From a virus, in IMG/VR virus record IMGVR_UViG_3300028569_000028, positions 16,012-80,011 of that record: DNA of 64,000 nucleotides; one strand, written 5' to 3'. The position numbers and the translations under genes were made by a program. Below are positions 9,842-18,964 of this stretch, piece after piece (position 1 is the first letter of the stretch; the number at the start of each line of letters is the position of its first letter). The notes beneath the pieces are model-generated. The model was not told the origin of the DNA. It searched no databases and saw only the letters and a list, made by a program, of their open reading frames with translations.

Positions 9842-10263
9842 AGCAATATTTAAACTATGTACTTGTTGGAGTTATTGCTTTAGTAGTTGGTAGATTTGTA
9901 TTACAACCAAAGCCTAAAACTATTGAAGTTGTTAGGTACGTGGAAAAGAAAGAAGAAACTAAGAAGACAAAGAAAATCACAAAGACTAAAGAACGCAAGA
10001 ATCCAGATGGAAGTTCCCAGACTGAAGTAGAAGTTGTCGAAGATTCTACTAGTAACTCTTCATCAACTATTACTTCTGAAAAAACAAAGGTTATTTCTAA
10101 AGGCATATCAGTTGGTATACTCGCTCTAAAAGACTTGGATAAGTTCTCAGAAAAGCTTGAGTATGGCGCAGTTGTGTCTGTCCCAGTATTAGGTAGCTTG
10201 TCTATAATTGGTTCAGCTGATACCACAAAACGAGTTGGTTTAGGCTTAGCTTTGGAGTTTTAA
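9838..10263 (+). CDS. envelope protein: N-terminal TM, C-terminal beta strands ending in Phe (spanin-like candidate)
   Basis: Hydrophobic N-terminus, charged linker, ends RVGLGLALEF*. Confidence 0.55.
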   Translation: MKQYLNYVLVGVIALVVGRFVLQPKPKTIEVVRYVEKKEETKKTKKITKTKERKNPDGSSQTEVEVVEDSTSNSSSTITSEKTKVISKGISVGILALKDLDKFSEKLEYGAVVSVPVLGSLSIIGSADTTKRVGLGLALEF

Positions 10264-10460
10264 TGGGTTGGTGGGATGATCCTAATTATGATTCCAAGAA
10301 GAAGGAAGAGAACGAATCTGCTCTACCTTGGGACAAACAAATGTGTCACCATGATTGGAAAGCTGTTGTGCTAATAAGAACTACAGTATATAATTGTATA
10401 CGTTGTGATGTTAAAAAAGAAGACTTCGAAGCTTGGGAAAAGAAGCGACGAGGCTTTTAA
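10263..10460 (+). CDS. small Zn-binding hypothetical protein
   Basis: CHHDW...CIRC. Confidence 0.55.
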   Translation: MGWWDDPNYDSKKKEENESALPWDKQMCHHDWKAVVLIRTTVYNCIRCDVKKEDFEAWEKKRRGF

Positions 10461-10570
10461 AGGAACTATATGTCAGATTCAATTGGAAGTGTTTGTAATA
10501 AAGAAGAGTGTAAGGGTACAGAATATACCTGTGCTTGTCAGAAGTGTGAAAAAAACTCAGAAGAAGGATA

Positions 10571-10831
10571 GTGAAAGGTTCAGAGCTTCTGGAGTTTATT
10601 AAGAACAATAATTTAGAAAATGAAGAAATAACTATTGAGTATTTTTCTTGGGAAAGAAAACAAAAATATTGCGGAAAATGTAATTGCATTGTAAACTTGA
10701 ATAGGTTTCACAAAGGAACTTCTGGGCTTGATCCAGATAAATCATCTTTCTATAGATACATATGTAGAGAGTGTTTAAATAAGTCTGCTTTTCATAAGAA
10801 ATATAAAAAGAAAGAGGAACTGGGAATATGA
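10571..10831 (+). CDS. zinc-finger hypothetical protein
   Basis: CGKC...CREC. Confidence 0.55.
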   Translation: MKGSELLEFIKNNNLENEEITIEYFSWERKQKYCGKCNCIVNLNRFHKGTSGLDPDKSSFYRYICRECLNKSAFHKKYKKKEELGI

Positions 10832-11451
10832 ATAGTTATTTTGATAAGTTCGGAAGACTTCATCACAAGCCTTGCATCAACGGAGAACCCGCTGGAAACA
10901 ATGGCTGGATTTACTCCGCCTACTTCCATAAAAGTAAAGGGAGTCTTAACTCTATCCTACTAAATGAATGCTTTAGAGATTGTGTGAAAAAACATCCAAA
11001 TGGTCAGCTTTATACAAATAGACATCCAGATGGATATAGCAAGGTTCCTCAGTCTCGTGACGAAATTCTTGGCATGGCTTCTCTTGGATTCCTTCACCCA
11101 ATGCATCTAAACGGCTGGAACTTTAGCCCTTACCCTATCCCACCCTTTAGCTTGAAAACGCTTATAAAGCAAGTTTTGGAGCTTAAGGGACAGCACAGAA
11201 ATTATTTCTGGAAGAATGACTTGTCCCAGATTTACCGCTTTGCTTTTTCTGTTCCTTTACAAGATAGAGCTTTTCTGTTAGAATGCTTTGGAGAAACGAG
11301 AAGAATATCTTATTTCTTTTATAAAGCTATTGCTTTTCTTGATGCCAAATTTGGTAAGCCTAAGAATGGCATTCCTTGGCTTAAGTATGGTGGAGAAGAG
11401 AGAAGACGAGTAATGCAAGCTGAGTTTCCAGAAGGACATCCGTTGAGGTAA
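10828..11451 (+). CDS. hypothetical protein
   Basis: 207-aa coupled ORF. Confidence 0.7.
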   Translation: MNSYFDKFGRLHHKPCINGEPAGNNGWIYSAYFHKSKGSLNSILLNECFRDCVKKHPNGQLYTNRHPDGYSKVPQSRDEILGMASLGFLHPMHLNGWNFSPYPIPPFSLKTLIKQVLELKGQHRNYFWKNDLSQIYRFAFSVPLQDRAFLLECFGETRRISYFFYKAIAFLDAKFGKPKNGIPWLKYGGEERRRVMQAEFPEGHPLR

Positions 11452-11453
11452 TT

Positions 11454-11693
11454 ATGATTAAGTTTAAAGCATTTATTTATCGCTTTTCAAACATCTTCGG
11501 ACTTTACATTTATCTGGCTCAGAAAGAAGAAGACGCCTATATTAATAGCTTAGGTGAAGATGCAGATTTTTTAAGCTCTGGACTTTGGCAAGCATGTAAT
11601 GGATTTACAACTATCCTTACATATAAACAACCCTTCTTTAAATCTCTTGTATCCAAAACAAAACATGCTTTTGATTTCAGGAGCTATAAATGA
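11454..11693 (+). CDS. hypothetical protein
   Basis: GAGG SD, coupled. Confidence 0.6.
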   Translation: MIKFKAFIYRFSNIFGLYIYLAQKEEDAYINSLGEDADFLSSGLWQACNGFTTILTYKQPFFKSLVSKTKHAFDFRSYK

Positions 11694-12091
11694 TTAGCTG
11701 GCAAGAAATTCTAGGCACTTATAAAGAAGCAGACATCCCCAAAGAACATTTGGACAATCTTAGAATTTTGCATAAAAAGATGAATGAAGTTAGAAAGCAG
11801 TACGCTAAGCCGATGACTCCTACCAGCATATATCGAAGTATGGCTGATCATTTGCGTATTTATAAAGAACTTGGCATAACTGACAAGGCTAAGATTCCAA
11901 TGAAGTCAAAGCATTTAAGTGGAGAAGCTATTGATATCTCCGATAAAGATGGTGAGCTGATGATTTGGTGCAAGAGTAATGTACTTATACTGGAAAGTGT
12001 CGGTTTATGGTGCGAAGAGAAAGATGACAAGAAAAGAGTTCACTTCCAGATAGTTCCTCCTAAAAGCGGTAATAGATTCTTTCTTCCATAG
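11690..12091 (+). CDS. peptidase M15-family endolysin
   Basis: YRS...SKHLSGEAIDI...VHFQ (H-x6-D...H Zn ligands). Confidence 0.8.
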   Translation: MISWQEILGTYKEADIPKEHLDNLRILHKKMNEVRKQYAKPMTPTSIYRSMADHLRIYKELGITDKAKIPMKSKHLSGEAIDISDKDGELMIWCKSNVLILESVGLWCEEKDDKKRVHFQIVPPKSGNRFFLP

Positions 12092-12093
12092 TA

Positions 12094-12122
12094 TTGACAA
12101 ACTTTATTTATCATGAGAGACT
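12094..12122 (+). promoter_or_regulatory. possible sigma70 promoter
   Basis: TTGACA-17nt-GAGACT with TG extension; weak -10. Confidence 0.35.
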
Positions 12123-12128
12123 GCTAAA

Positions 12129-12260
12129 ATGAATTCTGAAGACTACCACAGCCAACGAATTAAGTTACAAGTGTTACAGGCAAAATTACAATTTTTACAA
12201 GTTGTAATTCAAGTTACTACATTGGCGGCTACTTTAATACTTCTTGGGAATAAGCTATAA
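12129..12260 (+). CDS. 43-aa protein with hydrophobic C-terminus (absent from ORF track)
   Basis: MNSEDYHSQR...ATLILLGNKL*; TAATG coupling to next gene. Confidence 0.5.
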   Translation: MNSEDYHSQRIKLQVLQAKLQFLQVVIQVTTLAATLILLGNKL

Positions 12261-12559
12261 TGGTCACTATGATAGTTGTTGGAATTTTGTTGACAATTAA
12301 TATGTTTTTAATGCATATTGAGTATCTAGGAAAGGCGTATAGCTGGACTTATAAAAAACTCATGAGACCAAAATTTGAATCAGGTGAACTTGTAATGATA
12401 GGAAATATAGAATTTAAAGTTATGTATGTGACAAAAAACCATAGACCGTACACTTATTATTGTACGCCAGTTAGTTATAAAAAGATGTACTTCGTAGATA
12501 ATTATTACCACGAATCTCAAATCAAAAAGAAGACTGGTTTATTAAAGGAATTAGAATGA
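12260..12559 (+). CDS. TM-anchored SH3-like protein with C-terminal TGLLKELE tag
   Basis: N-terminal TM, FESGELV, ends KKTGLLKELE*. Confidence 0.65.
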   Translation: MVTMIVVGILLTINMFLMHIEYLGKAYSWTYKKLMRPKFESGELVMIGNIEFKVMYVTKNHRPYTYYCTPVSYKKMYFVDNYYHESQIKKKTGLLKELE

Positions 12560-13344
12560 GCAAACAGAATTGGAGTAAACCTCAGATTAATTTTGTAATT
12601 ACCCAACATAAGAGAGGATTTTCTAGAAAGGAAATTACTTATAAGTTTAATAATAGATTTCCTGAAAGCATTAGAACTCAAGATTCAATTAAGCATTGCA
12701 TTGATATACATGGGGTAAGTGTAGAAAAGTATATTCCTAAAGTTCTCATTATTGACATTGAGACAAAACCAATGCTTGCTAAAGTTTGGGGCTTGTTCGA
12801 TCAAAACATCGCTTTAAACCAAATTGTAGATGAAGGTGGTATATTCTCGTGGAGTGCTAAATGGCTTGATTCTAAAGAAGTTATGTATAAAGATGTCAAA
12901 GGTAATAAGAAAAAAGAAAAAGAATTACTTAAGCCTATGTGGAAGCTAATGGATGAAGCTGATATTATTATCGGTCAAAACAGTAATAGCTTTGATATTA
13001 AAAAACTAAATGCTAAGTTTTTAGAATATAAGCTTGGATCTCCTAGTGAGTATAAAAAGATAGATACGATGCTAATGGCAAAGAAACATTTTAAGTTTGT
13101 TTCTAATAAGTTGGAGTACATGTCTAAAAAGTTTTGCAAAATCAAGAAATTAGCACATAGTAAATTTCCGGGGTTTTCTTTGTGGGATGAATGTGAGAAA
13201 GGGAACTTACAAGCTTGGAAAGAGATGAGGCTTTACAATATGGCTGATGTAGAAGCCACAGAAGAACTCTTTTTAGTATTGTCTGAGTTTGATAAATCAG
13301 AAGTAGTAACGAGTGCTTTAAGAGCTTATAAAAACAGAGGCTAA
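12556..13344 (+). CDS. DnaQ/RNase H-fold 3'-5' exonuclease (YprB-like) with N-terminal HTH
   Basis: IIDIET, GQNSNSFD and YNMADV (DEDDy) motifs. Confidence 0.8.
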   Translation: MSKQNWSKPQINFVITQHKRGFSRKEITYKFNNRFPESIRTQDSIKHCIDIHGVSVEKYIPKVLIIDIETKPMLAKVWGLFDQNIALNQIVDEGGIFSWSAKWLDSKEVMYKDVKGNKKKEKELLKPMWKLMDEADIIIGQNSNSFDIKKLNAKFLEYKLGSPSEYKKIDTMLMAKKHFKFVSNKLEYMSKKFCKIKKLAHSKFPGFSLWDECEKGNLQAWKEMRLYNMADVEATEELFLVLSEFDKSEVVTSALRAYKNRG

Positions 13345-13345
13345 T

Positions 13346-13690
13346 ATGGCTGGTAAAAAGTTCGTGACAAGAATTATAAAAGGAGCCGAATGGCACTTCT
13401 ACTTGGAGTCTGCTACCGTTTATAAGCGCAAGCATGGTTCTGACTCTGATGCTATTACTTATATTAAAGAACGTGAAGTTTACTTTAATGCCGCTGAGTT
13501 TGACACTAACTGTGTGCGTCATGAATTGTTCCATATTTACATAGCTGAGAGCAATACTAACTCTTCTCCAGATTTTACAAAGGATGACATGGAAGATTTA
13601 AGTGCTGAAATTGTTGGGGAATTTGGACCTCTAATAGTTCATGAAGCTGACTTTATTCACAACAAACTTGTAGTATTGAATAGAAAATGA
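13346..13690 (+). CDS. small HExxH zincin-like metallopeptidase
   Basis: RHELFH motif. Confidence 0.6.
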   Translation: MAGKKFVTRIIKGAEWHFYLESATVYKRKHGSDSDAITYIKEREVYFNAAEFDTNCVRHELFHIYIAESNTNSSPDFTKDDMEDLSAEIVGEFGPLIVHEADFIHNKLVVLNRK

Positions 13691-13926
13691 AATTAATAGC
13701 AAAACTTGTATTTAAAATACATAGACTTATTTATAAGTACCCAACTAAATCTGAGATTAGACTTGCTTTAGCAGTTATACCTTTTGATAGATTTGAATTG
13801 ACAGAAAGTGTAGGTATATTGTATCTTTGTGAGAGTTCTATTGAAGAAGTTGGAGATTGGTTTAGTATGGATGAGAAAGCAGTTATTAAAGAATTAAATA
13901 CTTTAGCAGACAAGGTTAAACTATGA
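13687..13926 (+). CDS. hypothetical protein
   Basis: Coupled ORF. Confidence 0.6.
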   Translation: MKLIAKLVFKIHRLIYKYPTKSEIRLALAVIPFDRFELTESVGILYLCESSIEEVGDWFSMDEKAVIKELNTLADKVKL

Positions 13927-14342
13927 TTGAAACTATTTTTGGTTCAGTAGATATAGGAGATAGAGTTCAGTTTGATTATCCAACTGGAGTAAAAACTGGG
14001 GTTATCAAAAGTGTAACTCCTACACTAAGTAGCATTTCTGTTTCTATTTATTGTACTGATAGATCTGGAGGACACACTCTGTCAGTTCCTCATTATAATA
14101 TCACTAAGATTCTTTCAGTAGAGGATACTTCTATTACCACACAAGAAGAAATTAAGAAACCTGCCAGATATAATAAGAAGGGTAAGCTTGAGTGCTGGGA
14201 CGTAGTTCTTGACCAAGAGATGAATTTCTTGGAAGGCTCAGTTCTTAAATACCTTTGGCGTTATAAAGAAAAGAATGGAATTCATGACTTACAAAAAGCT
14301 AAAGTTTATATTGACAAGATTATTGAAGAGTTAAAGAAATGA
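13923..14342 (+). CDS. DUF3310-like protein with N-terminal SH3-like domain
   Basis: PARY...ECWD...FLEGSVLKYLWRYKEKNGIHDLQKAKVYI. Confidence 0.8.
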   Translation: MIETIFGSVDIGDRVQFDYPTGVKTGVIKSVTPTLSSISVSIYCTDRSGGHTLSVPHYNITKILSVEDTSITTQEEIKKPARYNKKGKLECWDVVLDQEMNFLEGSVLKYLWRYKEKNGIHDLQKAKVYIDKIIEELKK

Positions 14343-14515
14343 CATTAATTAAATGTACCACTAGCTTTTTAATTGGCTTTTATATTAGTTTTGTAATAAC
14401 ATTATCTATAACTGGCTATGTCATGGTTACAGAATTTGTATCCAAAGCTAGTTTAAGAACAAAAATTGTTTATATTGACGGGAAGGTGTACGATGTTAAA
14501 GAGAAGCGAAATTGA
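14339..14515 (+). CDS. 58-aa membrane protein (absent from ORF track)
   Basis: MTLIKCTTSFLIGFYISFVITLSITGYV...; start overlaps upstream stop. Confidence 0.5.
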   Translation: MTLIKCTTSFLIGFYISFVITLSITGYVMVTEFVSKASLRTKIVYIDGKVYDVKEKRN

Positions 14516-14708
14516 AGGTATTTACTATTCTAATAAAACTGGGAGAATGTTCGAAGCTGTATCTGATGGGCATGGCTATGTAATTACTAGATATTGTGAT
14601 GATGCCAGTCCTCAGTTTGGACCATGTGTTGTAGATTATATTTTTAGAATGCACCATTTTATGGATATATATGAAACTATAATTAGTTATACAGAAGATG
14701 ACAATTAA
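14466..14708 (+). CDS. hypothetical protein
   Basis: ORF; start probably MLKRSE. Confidence 0.55.
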   Translation: MFILTGRCTMLKRSEIEGIYYSNKTGRMFEAVSDGHGYVITRYCDDASPQFGPCVVDYIFRMHHFMDIYETIISYTEDDN

Positions 14709-15256
14709 TGTTTATCACTATTCTTACTTTGTGTATTATCTATCTAGCTTATTTATACATAAGCCAATTAGTAAAGCATAAAGAACTTATCATTGGGTAT
14801 AAGAATCAGGTAGAATCGTATAAAAAGCTTGTGCCGGATGTTGGAGCAATTGTACCTATATCGCACTTTAGGGAAGTCGTTGACAATAAGACCTTCCAGT
14901 TAAATAAAACTGAGGCTCAGCTATTGCTAGTTGAAAAAGAACTTCAAGAGCTTAAGTCTCAACAGCAAAGTAAAAGCGTTAGGCTTGGCTTAATCTCAGA
15001 ATGTGTCTTGCCTTTTCACAGCGATTTCAAGTATAATGTTAAAGATCTTGTTCCAGTATTTAGACCCATAGACTACATTGTGTTTGCTGAAGATGAAATT
15101 GTATTTTTGGAAATAAAGATTGGGACTAGCCATCTTAGTGAAAAACAAAGGAACATACGTAATTTAGTCCAACAGGGTAAAGTTAGGTTCGAAGAGCATC
15201 GTGTCAATGAAACTGGATATTCCATAAAGGAGAATCATGGGAAGACGCAAAGCTAA
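14708..15256 (+). CDS. membrane-anchored Holliday-junction-resolvase-like endonuclease
   Basis: N-terminal TM, coiled coil, PIDYIVF...IVFLEIK...LSEKQRNIR. Confidence 0.75.
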   Translation: MFITILTLCIIYLAYLYISQLVKHKELIIGYKNQVESYKKLVPDVGAIVPISHFREVVDNKTFQLNKTEAQLLLVEKELQELKSQQQSKSVRLGLISECVLPFHSDFKYNVKDLVPVFRPIDYIVFAEDEIVFLEIKIGTSHLSEKQRNIRNLVQQGKVRFEEHRVNETGYSIKENHGKTQS

Positions 15257-15512
15257 TCTGGAATTAGAATATGAACTTGAACGTCAAATCAAGGACTTAA
15301 AAGAGCAGAATGCTAAATTAAAAAAGTTGTTGCGTGAAAAAGAAAAGACTGTTAAAGTAGAAAAGAAGGACAAGCCTATTGAAAAGGCTAAGCCTGTTGA
15401 AAAAGAATGTCCTAAATGTGGAGCTAAGATTAAATCTTCTGAACTTCCAATGGGGTATTTAGAATTATGTTCGGTTGGTTGTGGATACAGGGCAGTTACT
15501 AAAAAAAAATAA
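15237..15512 (+). CDS. coiled-coil + zinc-ribbon protein
   Basis: CPKCG...CSVGCGY. Confidence 0.65.
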   Translation: MGRRKANLELEYELERQIKDLKEQNAKLKKLLREKEKTVKVEKKDKPIEKAKPVEKECPKCGAKIKSSELPMGYLELCSVGCGYRAVTKKK

Positions 15513-15521
15513 AGAGGTATT

Positions 15522-15926
15522 ATGACAAAAGATAAAGGTATTCGAGTTTCTGTAGAGCAGATAATTAACAGCGATTCTTTAAACGCCTCCAATTCTGACT
15601 GGATAACTCCTAAAAAAGCAACCCTACTATCTGGAAATGCTGGTACTTTAGTTGAAGCTGAAGAAGGCGGGATGTATCTGATTCCAATGGGTTTATGGTT
15701 TAGAAGTGATTTATATAATAAAGGACTACCTCAGGTTAGTGAGTTTAATAAACTTCAGGATTTAGGGCTTACTATTATAAAAGACAAGATTGTAAGGCAT
15801 GAAGCAAAAACAGAACAAAAAGAAGTGAGTGATAATGGACAAGCGATTCGAAGCCAAGATAATGTCAGCTCTAAGAAAGTTAACAAAACAATGGCCACCA
15901 ATATTAAAAGCGAAACGAAAGACTAA
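15522..15926 (+). CDS. hypothetical protein
   Basis: GAGG SD; long overlap with next ORF. Confidence 0.55.
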   Translation: MTKDKGIRVSVEQIINSDSLNASNSDWITPKKATLLSGNAGTLVEAEEGGMYLIPMGLWFRSDLYNKGLPQVSEFNKLQDLGLTIIKDKIVRHEAKTEQKEVSDNGQAIRSQDNVSSKKVNKTMATNIKSETKD

Positions 15927-16230
15927 AGTAGGTCCAGAGCTTCATAAATGTCCTTTGTGTGAGCAATTGGTTTATACTGGCAAAAGAGCTATTGAAGTAA
16001 TTCAAATCGACCATCCTAGTGTCATTGCTGGACGTATGGACGTAGACCATCGAATTCCAATCATAGAGATTCAAGAATCTGGAAAAGAAAAAGATTGGAA
16101 CTCTATAATATCTAGGATGTTTTGTGAAGAAGATAATTTGCAATCGATTTGTTCTAAATGTCACCTAGAAAAGACAAAAAAAGAAAGAACAGAGAGAGCT
16201 TTAGCGAGGAAGAATGGTACAAAAAGATAA
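15829..16230 (+). CDS. HNH endonuclease
   Basis: CPLC...VDHRIP...NLQSICSKCH. Confidence 0.8.
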   Translation: MIMDKRFEAKIMSALRKLTKQWPPILKAKRKTKVGPELHKCPLCEQLVYTGKRAIEVIQIDHPSVIAGRMDVDHRIPIIEIQESGKEKDWNSIISRMFCEEDNLQSICSKCHLEKTKKERTERALARKNGTKR

Positions 16231-16972
16231 GATTTATATAGTATACTGCACTACAAATATTATTAATAATAAGAAATACATTGGAGTTCATGGATGTTTT
16301 AGTTTAACGGATGGATATATTGGAAGCGGTTATGCTTTAAAAGAGGCTATTAAAAAGTATGGTAAAGATAGTTTTTCTAGAGAGGTTTTATTTACATTTA
16401 AAACAGAGGAAGAAGCTTATAAGAAAGAGCAGGAGCTAGTTGGGGTTGATAAAGTAAATAATATTGACTATTATAATATGTCAGTCGGTGGTAGAGTTCC
16501 TAAAAATATTTCACAAGAATCTAAAGATAAATGGATAAGTAAACTTAAAGGAAGAAAAAGCAAATCAAAACTAAAAATAAAAGTTAAGGCTACTCATATT
16601 AGAACGTTAGAAGTCAGAGAGTTTGATTCTATTTTAGAATGCTCTCGGGTTTTAAATTTATCATATTCTGCAATTTTAAAAGTATGTAAACGTCGATATG
16701 GAATGACTCATTGTAGAGAATGGACATTTGAAACAAGTAAATATGGAAAGTCCCTACCTGTAAAAAATAAAGATACTTTGGGTATAGATATCCAGCGTGG
16801 TAAGTATGTAGCTAGTTTTGGAAAGAAAGTATTAGGGAGATATAATACGATTGAAGATTCAGTGGAGTCTCAATTAAACTTCGTTAAATCATTCAATCCT
16901 AAAAATAAAGCTCAAAGTTCTTTAAAAAAGAAATATGAAATGTACTTAAGCTCCTTTCCAAAGAGAAGCTAA
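16214..16972 (+). CDS. GIY-YIG (Seg-like) homing endonuclease
   Basis: IVYCTTNIINNKKYIGVH...YIGSG...IKKYG...YYN; NUMOD1-like FDSILECSR. Confidence 0.85.
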   Translation: MVQKDKIYIVYCTTNIINNKKYIGVHGCFSLTDGYIGSGYALKEAIKKYGKDSFSREVLFTFKTEEEAYKKEQELVGVDKVNNIDYYNMSVGGRVPKNISQESKDKWISKLKGRKSKSKLKIKVKATHIRTLEVREFDSILECSRVLNLSYSAILKVCKRRYGMTHCREWTFETSKYGKSLPVKNKDTLGIDIQRGKYVASFGKKVLGRYNTIEDSVESQLNFVKSFNPKNKAQSSLKKKYEMYLSSFPKRS

Positions 16973-17109
16973 GTTCTTGGAAAGAGGTGGATTTGCCACT
17001 GGAGTAGTATTAATTGGAGACTGTAAGAAATAATTATTGTTTTTTCTTACGGAGTTTGGTATAGTATTATTACAAACAATAGCGTTTGTTTATTTTTATT
17101 GGAGTTTTC

Positions 17110-17880
17110 ATGAATAAGGTTTTACTAATTCTATTATGTATTTGTTCTACAGCTATAGCTAAAAATGACGATATTACGCTAACGGAAGATAATTTTGTTT
17201 CATTCAATCGACAAGTTAGCGATGAGTATACTTCTAAGAAAACTCTTGAGATTATTAAAAAAGCTAAAAAGGGAATTCCTCTATATTTAGTACTTGATAC
17301 TCCGGGCGGATCGGTAAGTGCAGGATTAGCCTTTATTGATGCTGTTAAGAGTTTAAAAGTTCCCGTACACACCATTACAATCTTTGCTGCTTCTATGGGA
17401 TACCAAATGGTACAGGAACTCGGAACTCGATACATTACATCATCTGGAACTCTTATGAGTCATAGAGGTGCGGTTGGAGGTTTATCTGGGCAAGTGCCGG
17501 GAGAGCTTAATTCTCGACTAAACCATATCCAGTCCATTCTAAATGGAATGTCTACCAGAGCTGCTGCTAGAGTTGGTATGAGTAAGAAAGCTTATGACGA
17601 TGCTATCGTTAATGAATTGTGGGTTTCTGGGGAAGAGGCTGTTGCTTCAAAACATGCTGATAAGCTAGTAAGTATTCAGTGTGAAAAATCTTTAACTGAT
17701 GGAACCTATACTGAAGAAATGTTTACCATCTTTGGTAAAGTAACAATTGTATTTTCTAAATGTCCTTTGATTTCATCTCCTATTAGTTTTTCTTTTGGAA
17801 AAGAAGTAAAATCTGAAGATATGAAAAAAGTAAAAAGAGTCATTGAATTAAAGAAGAAGAATATTAATTTGACTTTTTAA
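17110..17880 (+). CDS. ClpP-like (S14) serine protease with predicted signal peptide
   Basis: DTPGGSV, AASMG (catalytic Ser), LMSH; ATG 17110 after GGAG gives MNKVLLILLCICSTAIA. Confidence 0.8.
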   Translation: MNKVLLILLCICSTAIAKNDDITLTEDNFVSFNRQVSDEYTSKKTLEIIKKAKKGIPLYLVLDTPGGSVSAGLAFIDAVKSLKVPVHTITIFAASMGYQMVQELGTRYITSSGTLMSHRGAVGGLSGQVPGELNSRLNHIQSILNGMSTRAAARVGMSKKAYDDAIVNELWVSGEEAVASKHADKLVSIQCEKSLTDGTYTEEMFTIFGKVTIVFSKCPLISSPISFSFGKEVKSEDMKKVKRVIELKKKNINLTF

Positions 17881-17887
17881 GGAATAT

Positions 17888-18274
17888 ATGGGAAAGTCTA
17901 TTGAAGAACTGTTGAAACTTATTGAACAAAAGCCTAAGAATGCAAAGAAGGCTAGAGAAGATAATAAGGATGTACTTGAGTTTATTAAAGAATTTGGAGT
18001 AGAGTCAGGTACACAATCAGTTCCCAATTACTTAATTTTTTATATTTATAGATCAATCTGGAGAGCTGACCAACCAAAAAGAAAGGCTAAGAAAATAACT
18101 TTCTTCCAGACTTTTAGTAAGCACTTTCCAGATTATCGAAAAAATAACCAGCGTTTCTATATGTTAAAAGAAGAATTATTTGATGTTAATGAGGAGCTGC
18201 TAACTGCTGCAAAACAATATGATAAACAATACTGGCAAAATAAAAAAACACAGAAAAAAGTTCCAACACCTTAG
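17888..18274 (+). CDS. hypothetical protein (possible winged-helix)
   Basis: 128-aa basic ORF with AAGGA SD. Confidence 0.6.
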   Translation: MGKSIEELLKLIEQKPKNAKKAREDNKDVLEFIKEFGVESGTQSVPNYLIFYIYRSIWRADQPKRKAKKITFFQTFSKHFPDYRKNNQRFYMLKEELFDVNEELLTAAKQYDKQYWQNKKTQKKVPTP

Positions 18275-18773
18275 AAAAAATGGAGCTAGAGTGCATAGAC
18301 AAGATTTTATAGAATCTACTTATATTCACGGAATTGTCAATGTTAATGGAGAGCAAGTAATTCGCCCTCTAAACATAGAAGAAAGACAGTTCTTGGATGA
18401 CTACTATAAAGAATTTGTTCATGGCACTTTTGTAACGGATAAAGAATCTACTAAGCTTTTTAAAATAGCTAAGAAACTTTCTAAAAAACCAGACAATGTG
18501 AAATTTTTTGAAGATAACGGTTTTTACCCAGAAGAAGTTGAACGAGCAGTAAACTCCTTTAATGAGAAGAGTAAGCGTCTTGGAAATATGGCTTGTGACT
18601 TTTGGCAACAACGAGACATAAACTCAGATGATTATAAGCGTAGGTTTGATATACAGAACAATGCTTCTAAAGGATTGCAGTTGGAATCTTTTGAGGATAT
18701 CCAGTATATATCTAATGTAGATGATTTTGTAGATACAATTATTGAAGACCTAATTACGGAAAGCGAGGAATAA
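18219..18773 (+). CDS. hypothetical protein
   Basis: 184-aa ORF. Confidence 0.65.
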   Translation: MINNTGKIKKHRKKFQHLRKNGARVHRQDFIESTYIHGIVNVNGEQVIRPLNIEERQFLDDYYKEFVHGTFVTDKESTKLFKIAKKLSKKPDNVKFFEDNGFYPEEVERAVNSFNEKSKRLGNMACDFWQQRDINSDDYKRRFDIQNNASKGLQLESFEDIQYISNVDDFVDTIIEDLITESEE

Positions 18774-18964
18774 TGTCTAAAACTGTAGTTATTAAAAAAG
18801 ACGAAGAAACACAAGAACACTATTTTGATATGAAAGACTTGGAAGATTTGTTTGAAGATCCATCATTAATCGACCAATACTCTATGGAGTTGCGAGATGA
18901 TGGTTCTATACTTCTTGAGTTTTTTGACAAAGACAATAACAAAATTTTACCAAATAAAGTATGA
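18773..18964 (+). CDS. small acidic hypothetical protein
   Basis: Coupled on both sides. Confidence 0.6.
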   Translation: MSKTVVIKKDEETQEHYFDMKDLEDLFEDPSLIDQYSMELRDDGSILLEFFDKDNNKILPNKV

